The notes below the pieces were generated by a model. It saw nothing but the letters and a program-made list of their open reading frames with translations. It ran no database searches and was not told the origin of the DNA. 64,000 nt of DNA from IMG/VR virus record IMGVR_UViG_3300027759_000043; one strand, written 5' to 3'. The translations under genes and the position numbers were made by a program. How positions within the stretch are numbered: position 1 is the first letter of the stretch; every line of letters begins with the position of its first letter. This DNA is from a virus (taxonomy: Duplodnaviria; Caudoviricetes). This document shows, piece by piece, positions 38,796 to 47,861 of this stretch.

Positions 38796-39635
38796 TCAGG
38801 AGGCGTCCCCGAAAAAACTTGCCATGTCCAGGGTAAACGGTTGTGAATACTTGTGTCCACATTCGGTACAGATCAAATTAATTGGTTTGATCTCACTGGC
38901 CTGCTTGAGTGCAATCACATGATCTCTCAGTTGGGCAAACACTCGACTGTCACAGTTGTTGAGAAATTCAAAAATGTAATTGATTTCAGTTACCAGTGCG
39001 TCGGGGGTCTTGATTGCACCTATACTTTGGGCAACAGTTTTTAATGTGAGTTCATTCATGACCTTCATGCTTTGATTCAGTTGCGCTAGTTTGGCAGTTT
39101 CTTCTGCTTCGGCATTGTCTAGTATTCGCAGTGCTTGTTGTTGTTCAAACTGCACTTGATTGTTTTGATTGACATCTTTGTAATTGATGGGTTTGAAGTA
39201 AAATTCAAGATTTCCCACTGACAGACTCTTGTCGTACTCTCCTGGCAAGATTTGATCATTGATTATTCGTAAATCCACTGTGATTTCGTCCTGGTGGTTA
39301 CAACTGGAACAAGTGGTATTCACATCCATTCCGTGTCCAAAACTGGCAATGCGTATGGCCACTAACACAGCGTCGATGTCTGTACTGGGCATGACCCAGG
39401 GATCTCTAATGCCGGGCACACAACTCTGTATAACCGAAACTATGGCAGATCCATTGAACAGCGCATCGGGGGTGCGATAGGTTATTTCGTCCACGGCTGT
39501 CATGGGCAATACTGGCAATTCTCCATTGGGTGGCATGTTTAAACTACCTGTTGGATAGAACTTACCCCCGCTGGGTAGTTTGATGTGAATTGCTGGTTGT
39601 CTAAAAAATTGACTTAGGGGATTGGGTTGTTGCAT
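38796..39635 (-). CDS. Baseplate hub assembly chaperone, T4 gp26-like
   Basis: Likely start MQQPNPLSQFFRQP at 39635 (279 aa). I.LPS.G.FY, MTAVDEI...TPDAL.NG, DIDAVLVAIRIASFG and two CxxC pairs. Confidence 0.8.
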   Translation of the reverse strand: MQQPNPLSQFFRQPAIHIKLPSGGKFYPTGSLNMPPNGELPVLPMTAVDEITYRTPDALFNGSAIVSVIQSCVPGIRDPWVMPSTDIDAVLVAIRIASFGHGMDVNTTCSSCNHQDEITVDLRIINDQILPGEYDKSLSVGNLEFYFKPINYKDVNQNNQVQFEQQQALRILDNAEAEETAKLAQLNQSMKVMNELTLKTVAQSIGAIKTPDALVTEINYIFEFLNNCDSRVFAQLRDHVIALKQASEIKPINLICTECGHKYSQPFTLDMASFFGDAS

Positions 39636-39647
39636 GTTTTTACTCCG

Positions 39648-39654
39648 GTAAATA
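39648..39654 (+). promoter_or_regulatory. Late promoter motif GTAAATA
   Basis: 5 nt before the tape-measure ATG. Confidence 0.65.
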
Positions 39655-39659
39655 TAGTT

Positions 39660-41813
39660 ATGGCTACACAAATCACCCCAGAAGAAATTGACGCGATTTT
39701 TAGACAGTTCAACAAAGAATTTAACACTCTTGGTTACGTGACTGAAGAAACGGCCGAAAAATTTAGAGAAGCCCAACTTGGTATCAAAAATTATACCACT
39801 GAACTGAACAAGAGTATAAAACTGCTGGGGCAAGCATCACTTAATCTAGTCACTGCTTTTGGTAAAGGTGAGCAAGGTGCATCGATTTATAACCAGAGTC
39901 TCACAGCAGGTGCAAACGCAATTGATTCTTTCGCTGCCAAATTTGGAATAATTGGCGCAGTTGTTGGTACATTGGCTACCTCTATTGCCAAATATGTAAC
40001 AGCAGTCAATGAACAGAGTGACAAGTTGTTTGGTACATATCAGCAACTTAGTAAAGTTGGTGCCGCAGGTGCTGGCGGTCTAAAAGAAGTATTTGATAAC
40101 CTACATCAATTTGGTTATACCTTAAAGGACCTGGATCAGTTTGCCAACAGCATCAAGGCCAATGCAGAAACTCTAGCCTTGTACAATGGCACGGTGAATC
40201 AAGGTACCAAGGCGTTTGCCCAAGTCACTCAAGGATTCAAAGACAGCGGACTACAAACACAGTTTCGCCTCATGGGTCTTTCAATTGCAGATATCAATCA
40301 AGGCATAGCAGGCTATCAACGTATACAAGTACTAAGTGGTTCAACACAACGCAAAACCACTGCAGAATTAGTGCAAGGATCTGCTGAATATATCAAGCAG
40401 TTGGACTTGATTGCCAAACTCACAGGCAAGAGTGCTGAATCAATTCAGGCCGAACAAGAAGCCAGACTACAAGAGTCTCGCTATGCTGTTACCAGGCTTG
40501 AACTACAAGACAAAGCAGATGCTGCCAAGGCGGTTGGAGATAAAGAAACAGCCAAACGTTTTACCGATACTATAGCGGCCATGGATCTCTTGCTGGCACA
40601 AGCACCTGATAAATTGAAATCTGGCATAACAGGCCTATTGACTGGATTTGTGGGATCCTCTAAAGAAAGCGAACAATTGTTTCGGGCTGCCAGTGGTGCC
40701 GCTACAGAATTACTGGGAGTAAAAAATAGAGGACTAACAATAGAGGAAGTTGGTCCTTTACTGGATCGATTCAAGAAAGAGGGAACATCTACAGTAAGAG
40801 GATTTACTGGCCAATATCAGTTCCAAGGCAGAGGCGATGAGATGTTTGGCCAAGCCGCTGGGTTACTGGGGATAGGTACAGAGAGAGCAAAGGCAGTCAA
40901 AGACGCCATTAACCAACAAAAAGATCAAACTACCAATATAGAAGACAGTGTGTTGGCACAAGTTCGCATGCGACAAGCACAAGAGTCAACAACTCGAAGC
41001 ATGGAAGCATTTAAAGATCTTGGCATCAAGCCAGTGACCAGTGCAATGGAAAATCTCAGCAGTGCTATTGACAAGGTTACTGAAGCAATTGTTCCTGGTA
41101 CCAGTGCGGCAGGCGGAAAGGCGTCCCCTAGCCGAGGTGGCAGTGGCGGCGGCTCTTCATCGTTGCTAGACATTATTGGACGAGGGGAAAGTGGTGGCAA
41201 CTACAATGCACTAGTAGGTGGTGGCGAGGCCAATCTTACTAACATGACCATTGCTGAAGTACAAAAGTTTCAAAGTACCATGCGAGCCCAAGGTCGTGCC
41301 AGTACAGCAGTTGGCAAGTATCAGATGATTGCTGCCACCCTGGCAGAGCAAGCAAAAAAAGCCGGACTAGATCCAAATACTACTAAATTTGATCAAAAAA
41401 CACAGGACTTGTTGGCATCACAATTGGTCAAGCAAGCAGGACTTGGCAGTAGAGATCCAGCAACTGTGATGAAAAATCTTGCTGGCACCTGGGCCAGTTT
41501 ACCGCAAAACATGTCAGGTCAAGGTCGTTACGATGGATACAATACTAATCGTGCCAATATTAATCCTAATGATTTAATGGCGGCTATACAAAGTGGCCCT
41601 AACGACCGTTATTCATCTGCATTGTCATCAATTGCGTCTCAGATTCCAAAATCTATGGCCCCGGGTACGGAGGCGACTTTTGCAGGTAACTTAGAACGTA
41701 GAAATTCTGATGACATGTTAAAAATAAGCATAGCAAAACAAGACGAAATGATTGCATTGTTAAAAGCCAACAATAGCCAAAATCAAAAGATGATTCAGGT
41801 CGCTCGCAACTAA
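39660..41813 (+). CDS. Tape-measure-like protein with C-terminal lambda-R-type lytic transglycosylase domain
   Basis: Start MATQIT at 39660 (717 aa), just after GTAAATA. Long helical A/Q/K/L-rich body, Gly/Ser linker, then LLDIIGRGES.G.YN...AVGKYQ...FDQKTQD...WASLP. Confidence 0.75.
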   Translation: MATQITPEEIDAIFRQFNKEFNTLGYVTEETAEKFREAQLGIKNYTTELNKSIKLLGQASLNLVTAFGKGEQGASIYNQSLTAGANAIDSFAAKFGIIGAVVGTLATSIAKYVTAVNEQSDKLFGTYQQLSKVGAAGAGGLKEVFDNLHQFGYTLKDLDQFANSIKANAETLALYNGTVNQGTKAFAQVTQGFKDSGLQTQFRLMGLSIADINQGIAGYQRIQVLSGSTQRKTTAELVQGSAEYIKQLDLIAKLTGKSAESIQAEQEARLQESRYAVTRLELQDKADAAKAVGDKETAKRFTDTIAAMDLLLAQAPDKLKSGITGLLTGFVGSSKESEQLFRAASGAATELLGVKNRGLTIEEVGPLLDRFKKEGTSTVRGFTGQYQFQGRGDEMFGQAAGLLGIGTERAKAVKDAINQQKDQTTNIEDSVLAQVRMRQAQESTTRSMEAFKDLGIKPVTSAMENLSSAIDKVTEAIVPGTSAAGGKASPSRGGSGGGSSSLLDIIGRGESGGNYNALVGGGEANLTNMTIAEVQKFQSTMRAQGRASTAVGKYQMIAATLAEQAKKAGLDPNTTKFDQKTQDLLASQLVKQAGLGSRDPATVMKNLAGTWASLPQNMSGQGRYDGYNTNRANINPNDLMAAIQSGPNDRYSSALSSIASQIPKSMAPGTEATFAGNLERRNSDDMLKISIAKQDEMIALLKANNSQNQKMIQVARN

Positions 41814-41815
41814 CG

Positions 41816-41822
41816 ATAAATA
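41816..41822 (+). promoter_or_regulatory. Late promoter motif ATAAATA
   Basis: 7 nt before the portal ATG. Confidence 0.7.
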
Positions 41823-41829
41823 ATACACT

Positions 41830-43608
41830 ATGGCTTCTTGGAAAAAATATTTTAAAGTTGCTGATCTCTCAGGTCAGATGAGTCCTATTTCAGGCGGCAG
41901 AGATAGTGGCCTGCCTGGATATCCCAAAAATGATGGTCGCGGATCAAACCCGGCGCAGACAGATTTTGCGTTTCGTAACTATGCGTCGCGCTTGCCCGAA
42001 GTGTATTCTGGACACCCCAACCGAATTGAACGCTACAATCAATATGAGAACATGGATGCTGACTCTGAAGTCAACGCCTGTTTAGACATCATTGCTGAGT
42101 TTTCCACACAACTCAATGAAGACAACAACACCCCATTTGAAATCAAGTATTCAGATGAACCTACTGATCATGAAATTGAAATTATCCGTAAGCAAATGCA
42201 ACAGTGGGTCAAACTCAACAAACTAGATCAGCGTATCTTCAAACTGTTCCGCAACACCATCAAGTACGGAGATCAAATTTTTGTTCGTGACCCAGAAACA
42301 TTTGAAATGTACTGGGTAGACATGAGTAAACTCAGTAGAGTTATTGTAAACGAGTCAGAAGGCAAGAGACCTGAGCAGTACATTATTCGTGACATCAACC
42401 CCAACTTCCAGAATCTAACAGTGGCTGCAAAGACCACAACAGACTTCATGGTCAACCCGCCCACAGGTGGTGGCTACCAGCAAGGCGGCGGATATACTCA
42501 GCCAAATACTGCTATGACAGGAACCAGTAGATTCAGTCGTGCTGTAAACGAAACCTGTATTGATGCCAAGCACGTGGTGCATATGAGTCTAAACGAAGGT
42601 TTAGACACATTTTGGCCATTTGGCAAAAGCATTTTGGAAAACATTTTCAAAGTATTCAAACAAAAAGAATTACTAGAAGATGCGCTATTAATCTATCGTG
42701 TGCAACGTGCGCCTGAGCGCAGAGTATTTAAAATTGACGTGGGCAACATGCCAAGTCACTTGGCCATGCAGTTTGTAGAGCGTGTAAAAAACGAAATGCA
42801 TCAGCGTAGAATCCCCACATTTGGCGGTGGTGGCGGCAACATCATGGATTCAAGTTATAATCCACTATCAATCAACGAAGACTTCTTCTTTCCCACAGGC
42901 GCAGACGGACGTGGATCAAGTGTAGACGTGTTGCCCGGCGGTCAAAATCTGGGCGAAATTGACGATTTAAAGTATTTTAACAACAAAATGGCTCGTGGTT
43001 TACGTGTACCCAGCAGTTACCTGCCCACTGCCCCTGATGACTCGGAGCGCACAATGCAGGATGGTAAAGTGGGCACAGCACTGATTCAAGAGTATAGATT
43101 CAACCAGTATTGTGAGCGTTTGCAAGCACTTATTATGCAGAAACTGGATGATGAATTCAAGATGTTCCTGCGTTGGAGAGGCTTTAATATTGATGCTGGC
43201 CTGTTCCAACTCAAGTTTAATCCACCACAAAACTTTGCAAGTTATCGTCAAGCCGAGATGGATACGTCACGTATCAGTAGTTTTACTAGCCTAGAACAGT
43301 TGCCTTACATGAGCAAGCGTTTTATGTTAGAGCGTTTCTTGGGATTGAGCAAGGACGAAATTGAACAAAACGAAAAAATGTGGCGTGAAGAACGTGACAA
43401 ACCTGAACTACAAACCACACAAGGACAGGATCTACGCAGTATTGGTATTACTCCAGCAGGCATGGAAACTGATATTGCCACAGGCGAAGAAATGGCCAAT
43501 CTACAAGCACCCGGTGCAGAAGGTGGCTTACCGGCCGCCCCTGCTGGCGGCGTAGGTGGTACATTACCAGGTGCAGGGGCACCAGCGGCAGCGCCAGCAG
43601 GATTATAA
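41830..43608 (+). CDS. Portal protein, T4 gp20-like
   Basis: LEDALLIYRVQRAPERRVFKIDVGNMP, EDFFFP, LPGGQNLGEIDDLKYF and LRVPSSYL motifs. Confidence 0.95.
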   Translation: MASWKKYFKVADLSGQMSPISGGRDSGLPGYPKNDGRGSNPAQTDFAFRNYASRLPEVYSGHPNRIERYNQYENMDADSEVNACLDIIAEFSTQLNEDNNTPFEIKYSDEPTDHEIEIIRKQMQQWVKLNKLDQRIFKLFRNTIKYGDQIFVRDPETFEMYWVDMSKLSRVIVNESEGKRPEQYIIRDINPNFQNLTVAAKTTTDFMVNPPTGGGYQQGGGYTQPNTAMTGTSRFSRAVNETCIDAKHVVHMSLNEGLDTFWPFGKSILENIFKVFKQKELLEDALLIYRVQRAPERRVFKIDVGNMPSHLAMQFVERVKNEMHQRRIPTFGGGGGNIMDSSYNPLSINEDFFFPTGADGRGSSVDVLPGGQNLGEIDDLKYFNNKMARGLRVPSSYLPTAPDDSERTMQDGKVGTALIQEYRFNQYCERLQALIMQKLDDEFKMFLRWRGFNIDAGLFQLKFNPPQNFASYRQAEMDTSRISSFTSLEQLPYMSKRFMLERFLGLSKDEIEQNEKMWREERDKPELQTTQGQDLRSIGITPAGMETDIATGEEMANLQAPGAEGGLPAAPAGGVGGTLPGAGAPAAAPAGL

Positions 43609-43611
43609 ATA
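43604..43611 (+). promoter_or_regulatory. Late promoter TATAAATA
   Basis: Overlaps the portal stop; 4 nt before the next ATG. Confidence 0.75.
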
Positions 43612-43615
43612 CAGT

Positions 43616-43834
43616 ATGATCCTGAATGAAATTTACGACCGAGCACCAGCAGGCTACCAAGATGTTGCAGCCGACAACACCCAGCCTCATCTGGGACAAC
43701 TGCGTAAAACCAAACTCACTCTCAAGCAGTTGAACAAACTGCGCAGAATGCAAGATACTCGCACTTACGAATATGGTGAAAAACTCAAACTGATCCGCAA
43801 ACAGTATGCACCGCCAGCACAGCCTGCGATGTAA
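43616..43834 (+). CDS. Small head-module protein (72 aa)
   Basis: Start MILNEIY at 43616, directly after TATAAATA; RKTKLTLKQLNKLRRM basic helix. Confidence 0.7.
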   Translation: MILNEIYDRAPAGYQDVAADNTQPHLGQLRKTKLTLKQLNKLRRMQDTRTYEYGEKLKLIRKQYAPPAQPAM

Positions 43835-43892
43835 AAAAACTGTCATTTATTGCAAAAAATCCACCATAAACCGCTAAGTTTTTGCCTTTAAA

Positions 43893-43899
43893 GTAAATA
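43893..43899 (+). promoter_or_regulatory. Late promoter motif GTAAATA
   Basis: Upstream of the core/protease/scaffold/capsid operon. Confidence 0.65.
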
Positions 43900-43955
43900 T
43901 AGGTATAGATCTGCCATGCGGGCAGAACTACCCAACACACCTATAGGAGTTATAA

Positions 43956-44783
43956 ATGAGCAAAAACCGTTTTGAACAATTGATCGAATACGTGATCAAT
44001 GATGAAGAAGCCAAAGCAAAAGAACTTTTCCACCAAATCGTTGTGGAAAAAAGTCGTGCTATCTATGAAGACCTCATGGATGAAGACACAGTAGAAGAAG
44101 AACTCGAAGAAGACAATGCCATGGGCGAAGAGCCTACTGAAATTGACACAAACGTAAGTGAAACATTGGGCGGAAGCCAAGCCCAAGACATGATCGACGA
44201 CGTGGAAATGGAAGAACAAGGCATGAGCGAAGACGACAGCGATGTTGAGTTTGATGACGAGGCTGAAAAAGCCGGCAAAGACATGACACACGATATTGAA
44301 GACGAACATGATGATGGCGAACTCGAAAATCGCGTGGTTGATTTGGAAGACAAACTTGACGAACTCATGGCAGAATTTGAAGCCATGATGGACGGTGGTG
44401 ATGCTGGTGACATGGGCGACACACCTGACATGACTGACATCGAAGTTCAAGACGATGAGTTTGAAACTGAAGGTGCTTTGATGCCAATGGAAGAAGCCAT
44501 TAACCTCAAGCAAGTACACCCTAAAGTTACTACACAAGAAGCACCTGGTACAGACACCAAGTCGACTGTTGCTGCCAATTCAGGCGCACGTGGTGCAATG
44601 GCACAACCAGTCAAAATGACCGGCGATACTGCACAAGGTCGTCCTGCTCCAACTACCAAAGACTTGATCGGCAAAGTAGGTAACTCACCTGCTCAAGGCG
44701 TACAAAGTCCCAAGGCAGCACCCAAGCCAGTGACATCACAAGCCGCAGGCGTGAACACACGTACACCTTTTCCAAAGGCTTAA
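43956..44783 (+). CDS. Acidic prohead core protein (gp67/gp68 position)
   Basis: 275 aa, very D/E-rich, between portal and protease, GGAG ribosome-binding site. Confidence 0.65.
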   Translation: MSKNRFEQLIEYVINDEEAKAKELFHQIVVEKSRAIYEDLMDEDTVEEELEEDNAMGEEPTEIDTNVSETLGGSQAQDMIDDVEMEEQGMSEDDSDVEFDDEAEKAGKDMTHDIEDEHDDGELENRVVDLEDKLDELMAEFEAMMDGGDAGDMGDTPDMTDIEVQDDEFETEGALMPMEEAINLKQVHPKVTTQEAPGTDTKSTVAANSGARGAMAQPVKMTGDTAQGRPAPTTKDLIGKVGNSPAQGVQSPKAAPKPVTSQAAGVNTRTPFPKA

Positions 44784-44789
44784 TCGGTC

Positions 44790-45437
44790 ATGAGATACCT
44801 ACAAGAGCATTTGAACTTTAATCAGGCCAAGATTCGCGTCTTGGTCGAGGATGCTCCTGACGGCAAAGGCCCATTCAACGGCAAGAACTTGTACATGGAA
44901 GGTATTTGTATTGAAGGCGGAGTAAAAAACGCCAACGAACGTGTGTACCCTGTGAATGAAATTGCCAAGGCTGTGGACACCATTAACAAACAAGTTATGG
45001 AAGGCTACAGCGTGATGGGCGAAGTTGATCACCCAGAAGATCTCAAAATCAACTTGGATCGCGTGAGTCACACCATTGACAAAATGTGGATGGATGGCCC
45101 TTGCGGTTACGGCAAGTTGAGAATTATTCCAACGCCAATGGGACAACTGGTCAAGACCATGTTGGATTCTGGCGTCAAACTCGGAGTTTCGAGCCGTGGT
45201 TCCGGTAACGTGAACGACGGCAACGGACATGTCAGTGACTTTGAAATTGTCACTGTCGATGTTGTTGCTCAACCCAGCGCCCCACATGCTTATCCCAAAG
45301 CCATATATGAAGGACTTCTCAACATGAAGTACGGTCATAGAGTTTTGGAAGTGGCAAGAGACGCAGGCAAGGACAGCAAGGTACAGAGATATTTGCAGAA
45401 CGAGGTAACTCGTTTGATCAAAGATCTCAAAATATAA
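44790..45437 (+). CDS. Prohead core protease, T4 gp21-like
   Basis: N.NERVYP, GEVDHP, INLDRVSH, LGVSSRG and D.VAQPSAP motifs. Confidence 0.95.
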   Translation: MRYLQEHLNFNQAKIRVLVEDAPDGKGPFNGKNLYMEGICIEGGVKNANERVYPVNEIAKAVDTINKQVMEGYSVMGEVDHPEDLKINLDRVSHTIDKMWMDGPCGYGKLRIIPTPMGQLVKTMLDSGVKLGVSSRGSGNVNDGNGHVSDFEIVTVDVVAQPSAPHAYPKAIYEGLLNMKYGHRVLEVARDAGKDSKVQRYLQNEVTRLIKDLKI

Positions 45438-45447
45438 GGAGTAAAGC

Positions 45448-46548
45448 ATGCTAGATGCTATTAAACCATTGCTTGATAGTGAACTGATCAACGAGGAAAC
45501 TCGCAGTGCTATCAGTGAGGCTTGGGATGCCAAACTTACTGAAGCACGTGAACAAGTTCGCGCAGAACTCCGCGAGGAATTTGCGCAACGCTATGAACAT
45601 GACAAGTCAGTGATGGTAGAAGCCTTAGACAAAATGGTAACAGAAGGTCTTGCCGCAGAAGTTCAAGCCGTGGCTGCTGAAAAGCAGGCGTTGGCAGAAG
45701 ACCGCGTTAAGTTCCAAGTCAAGATCAAAGAAGATGCTACTAAATTTAACAACTTCATGGTCACAAAATTGGCAGAAGAAATTAGCGAATTGCGTAAAGA
45801 TCGTAAGATGCACACAGAAGGCCTAGGTAAACTAGAGTCATTTGTGGTACATGCATTGGCCCGTGAAATTCAAGAATTTGCAACAGACAAACGTGACGTG
45901 GTAGAAACCAAGGTTCGTTTGGTCCGTGAAGCACGTAGCCAACTGGAAGGTCTCAAGACACGTTTCGTTAAGGAAAGTGCCGAGAAGATGAGCCAGGCTG
46001 TTAGCCGTCACCTAAAGGCTGAACTCACACAATTACATGAAGACATCCAAGTTGCTCGCGAGAACAATTTTGGTCGTCGTATCTTTGAAGCATACGCAGC
46101 CGAATTTGGTGCTACTCATCTCAATGAGAAAGCCGAAGTTCGTAAACTGCACAACATGATTGCCAACAAAGATCATCAATTGAGTGAAGCCATCAAACTC
46201 ACACAGAGAGCAAAAACTCTAGTTGAGTCCAAAGAACGTGAAATACGTATTATCAAGGAATCCAATGTGCGTCAAAACACTCTGGAAGAATTGCTCGCAC
46301 CTCTAAATGAAGAGAAGCGTGAAACAATGCGTAATTTACTCGAAAGCGTACAAACAGCCCGTCTGAATGCCGCATTTGAAAAGTATCTACCAGCCGTATT
46401 GGCCGAAGGCAAATCAACAAGTAGCCGTAAAGTGATTGTTGAAAGTGTGTCGGAAGTAACTGGTGATAAAACTGCCCGTAGCCAAGTAGAAGATAACGCT
46501 GATGACAACAGCAACGTTATCGCTATCAAGCGCCTGGCAGGCCTCTAA
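45448..46548 (+). CDS. Prohead scaffolding protein, T4 gp22-like
   Basis: 366 aa coiled coil between protease and capsid genes, with several L/I-x-E motifs (LVES, IKES, LLES, IVES). Confidence 0.85.
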   Translation: MLDAIKPLLDSELINEETRSAISEAWDAKLTEAREQVRAELREEFAQRYEHDKSVMVEALDKMVTEGLAAEVQAVAAEKQALAEDRVKFQVKIKEDATKFNNFMVTKLAEEISELRKDRKMHTEGLGKLESFVVHALAREIQEFATDKRDVVETKVRLVREARSQLEGLKTRFVKESAEKMSQAVSRHLKAELTQLHEDIQVARENNFGRRIFEAYAAEFGATHLNEKAEVRKLHNMIANKDHQLSEAIKLTQRAKTLVESKEREIRIIKESNVRQNTLEELLAPLNEEKRETMRNLLESVQTARLNAAFEKYLPAVLAEGKSTSSRKVIVESVSEVTGDKTARSQVEDNADDNSNVIAIKRLAGL

Positions 46549-46569
46549 ACAAAGAAAAAGGAGACAGAA

Positions 46570-47781
46570 ATGTCAGAACAATTATTAGAAAGCCGCTGGG
46601 GCGAAACCAAAGAAGCATTGCTTGAAGGTTTGAACGGTTCCAAGCGCAACAGCATGAGTGTTATCCTCGAAAACACTCGCAAGTACTTGAAGGAAAACGC
46701 AAGTTCTGGTTCAACAGGCTCTGGTAACATTGCCACATTGAACCGTGTGATTTTGCCAGTTATCCGTCGTGTAATGCCAACAGTTATTGCTAACGAGTTG
46801 GTCGGCGTTCAGCCAATGACAGGCCCAGTTGGTCAGATCCACACTTTGCGTGTGCGTTATGCCAACAGCATGACTGACAACTCAGCAGCCGCCACAAGCA
46901 CTGCCGCTGGTCAAGAAGCATTGAGCCCATTCTTGATTGCTCAAGCATATTCTTCAGCATCTAGCGTAACTGCTGGTACTGTTGACGCAACACAGAACAT
47001 CTACTCTGGTGCTAATACATCAGTTTTAGAAGGTTCTGGTGGTCGTCAAATTTCCGTGCAAATCTTGAAGCAGGCTGTTGAAGCCAAGACTCGCAAGTTG
47101 CAAGCACGTTGGACATTTGAAGCCGCTCAAGACGCACAAGCAATGCATGGTATCGACGTAGAAGCCGAAATCATGGCTGCTTTGGCTCAAGAGATTACTG
47201 CTGAAATTGACCAAGAGATTCTTTTGAGTCTCCGTAGTTTGGCCGCAACTGAGTACACATACAACCAAGCAACTGTTTCAGGTACTGCTACATTCGTTGG
47301 TGACGAACATGCCGCTTTGGCTGTTTTGATCAATCGTGTTGCTAACTTGATCGCCCAACGCACACGTCGTGGCGCAGGTAACTACGCTGTTGTTAGTTCT
47401 GCAAGTTTGACAGTGTTGCAATCTGCAACTACTTCTGCGTTTGCACGTACTACAGAAGGTACTTTCGAAGCACCCACAAACACCAAGTTTGTTGGTACAT
47501 TGAACGGCGCTATGCGTGTGTTCGTTGACTCTTATGCAAGTGACACTACACCAGTGTTAGTTGGTTACAAGGGTTCTAGCGAAGCAGACGCTCCAGCATT
47601 CTACTGCCCATACATTCCTTTGATGTCAAGTGGTGTTGTGTTGGATCCAACAACCTTTGAACCAGTCGTGTCTTTCATGACACGTTATGGCTTCATCGAG
47701 TTAACCAACACTGCCAGTTCATTCGGCAATGCTGGTGACTATGTTGGTGAGATCGCTGTATCTAACTTGTCATTCTCCTAA
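46570..47781 (+). CDS. Major capsid protein, T4 gp23-like
   Basis: VGVQPMTGP.GQI..LR, EAKTRKL.A.WT.E.AQD, EI..EIDQEI and FYCPYIPL...RYG motifs. Confidence 0.97.
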   Translation: MSEQLLESRWGETKEALLEGLNGSKRNSMSVILENTRKYLKENASSGSTGSGNIATLNRVILPVIRRVMPTVIANELVGVQPMTGPVGQIHTLRVRYANSMTDNSAAATSTAAGQEALSPFLIAQAYSSASSVTAGTVDATQNIYSGANTSVLEGSGGRQISVQILKQAVEAKTRKLQARWTFEAAQDAQAMHGIDVEAEIMAALAQEITAEIDQEILLSLRSLAATEYTYNQATVSGTATFVGDEHAALAVLINRVANLIAQRTRRGAGNYAVVSSASLTVLQSATTSAFARTTEGTFEAPTNTKFVGTLNGAMRVFVDSYASDTTPVLVGYKGSSEADAPAFYCPYIPLMSSGVVLDPTTFEPVVSFMTRYGFIELTNTASSFGNAGDYVGEIAVSNLSFS

Positions 47782-47817
47782 TCAGAGAACTCAACTTTCT
47801 CAGGGATGGGAAGGAAA

Positions 47818-47848
47818 AACAAAAAGGCTCTTCGGAGCCTTTTTTGTT
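47818..47848 (+). terminator. Intrinsic terminator after the major capsid gene
   Basis: AAAAAGGCTC-TTCG-GAGCCTTTTT: C(UUCG)G tetraloop stem with A and T tracts. Confidence 0.92.
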
Positions 47849-47861
47849 GGCTAAGTATTCA

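Noticed and set aside
38796-39833. Track starts at 39833, 39627, 27104, 33075, 43556, 47844, 50150 and 60357
   Set aside because: These upstream extensions overlap neighbouring genes, promoters or terminators. Downstream ATGs next to late motifs or gene junctions fit better.
43950-45533. Minus-strand ORFs of 195, 125 and 244 aa over the head genes
   Set aside because: Antisense to the clearly recognisable core and gp21 genes; composition mirrors their codon bias.
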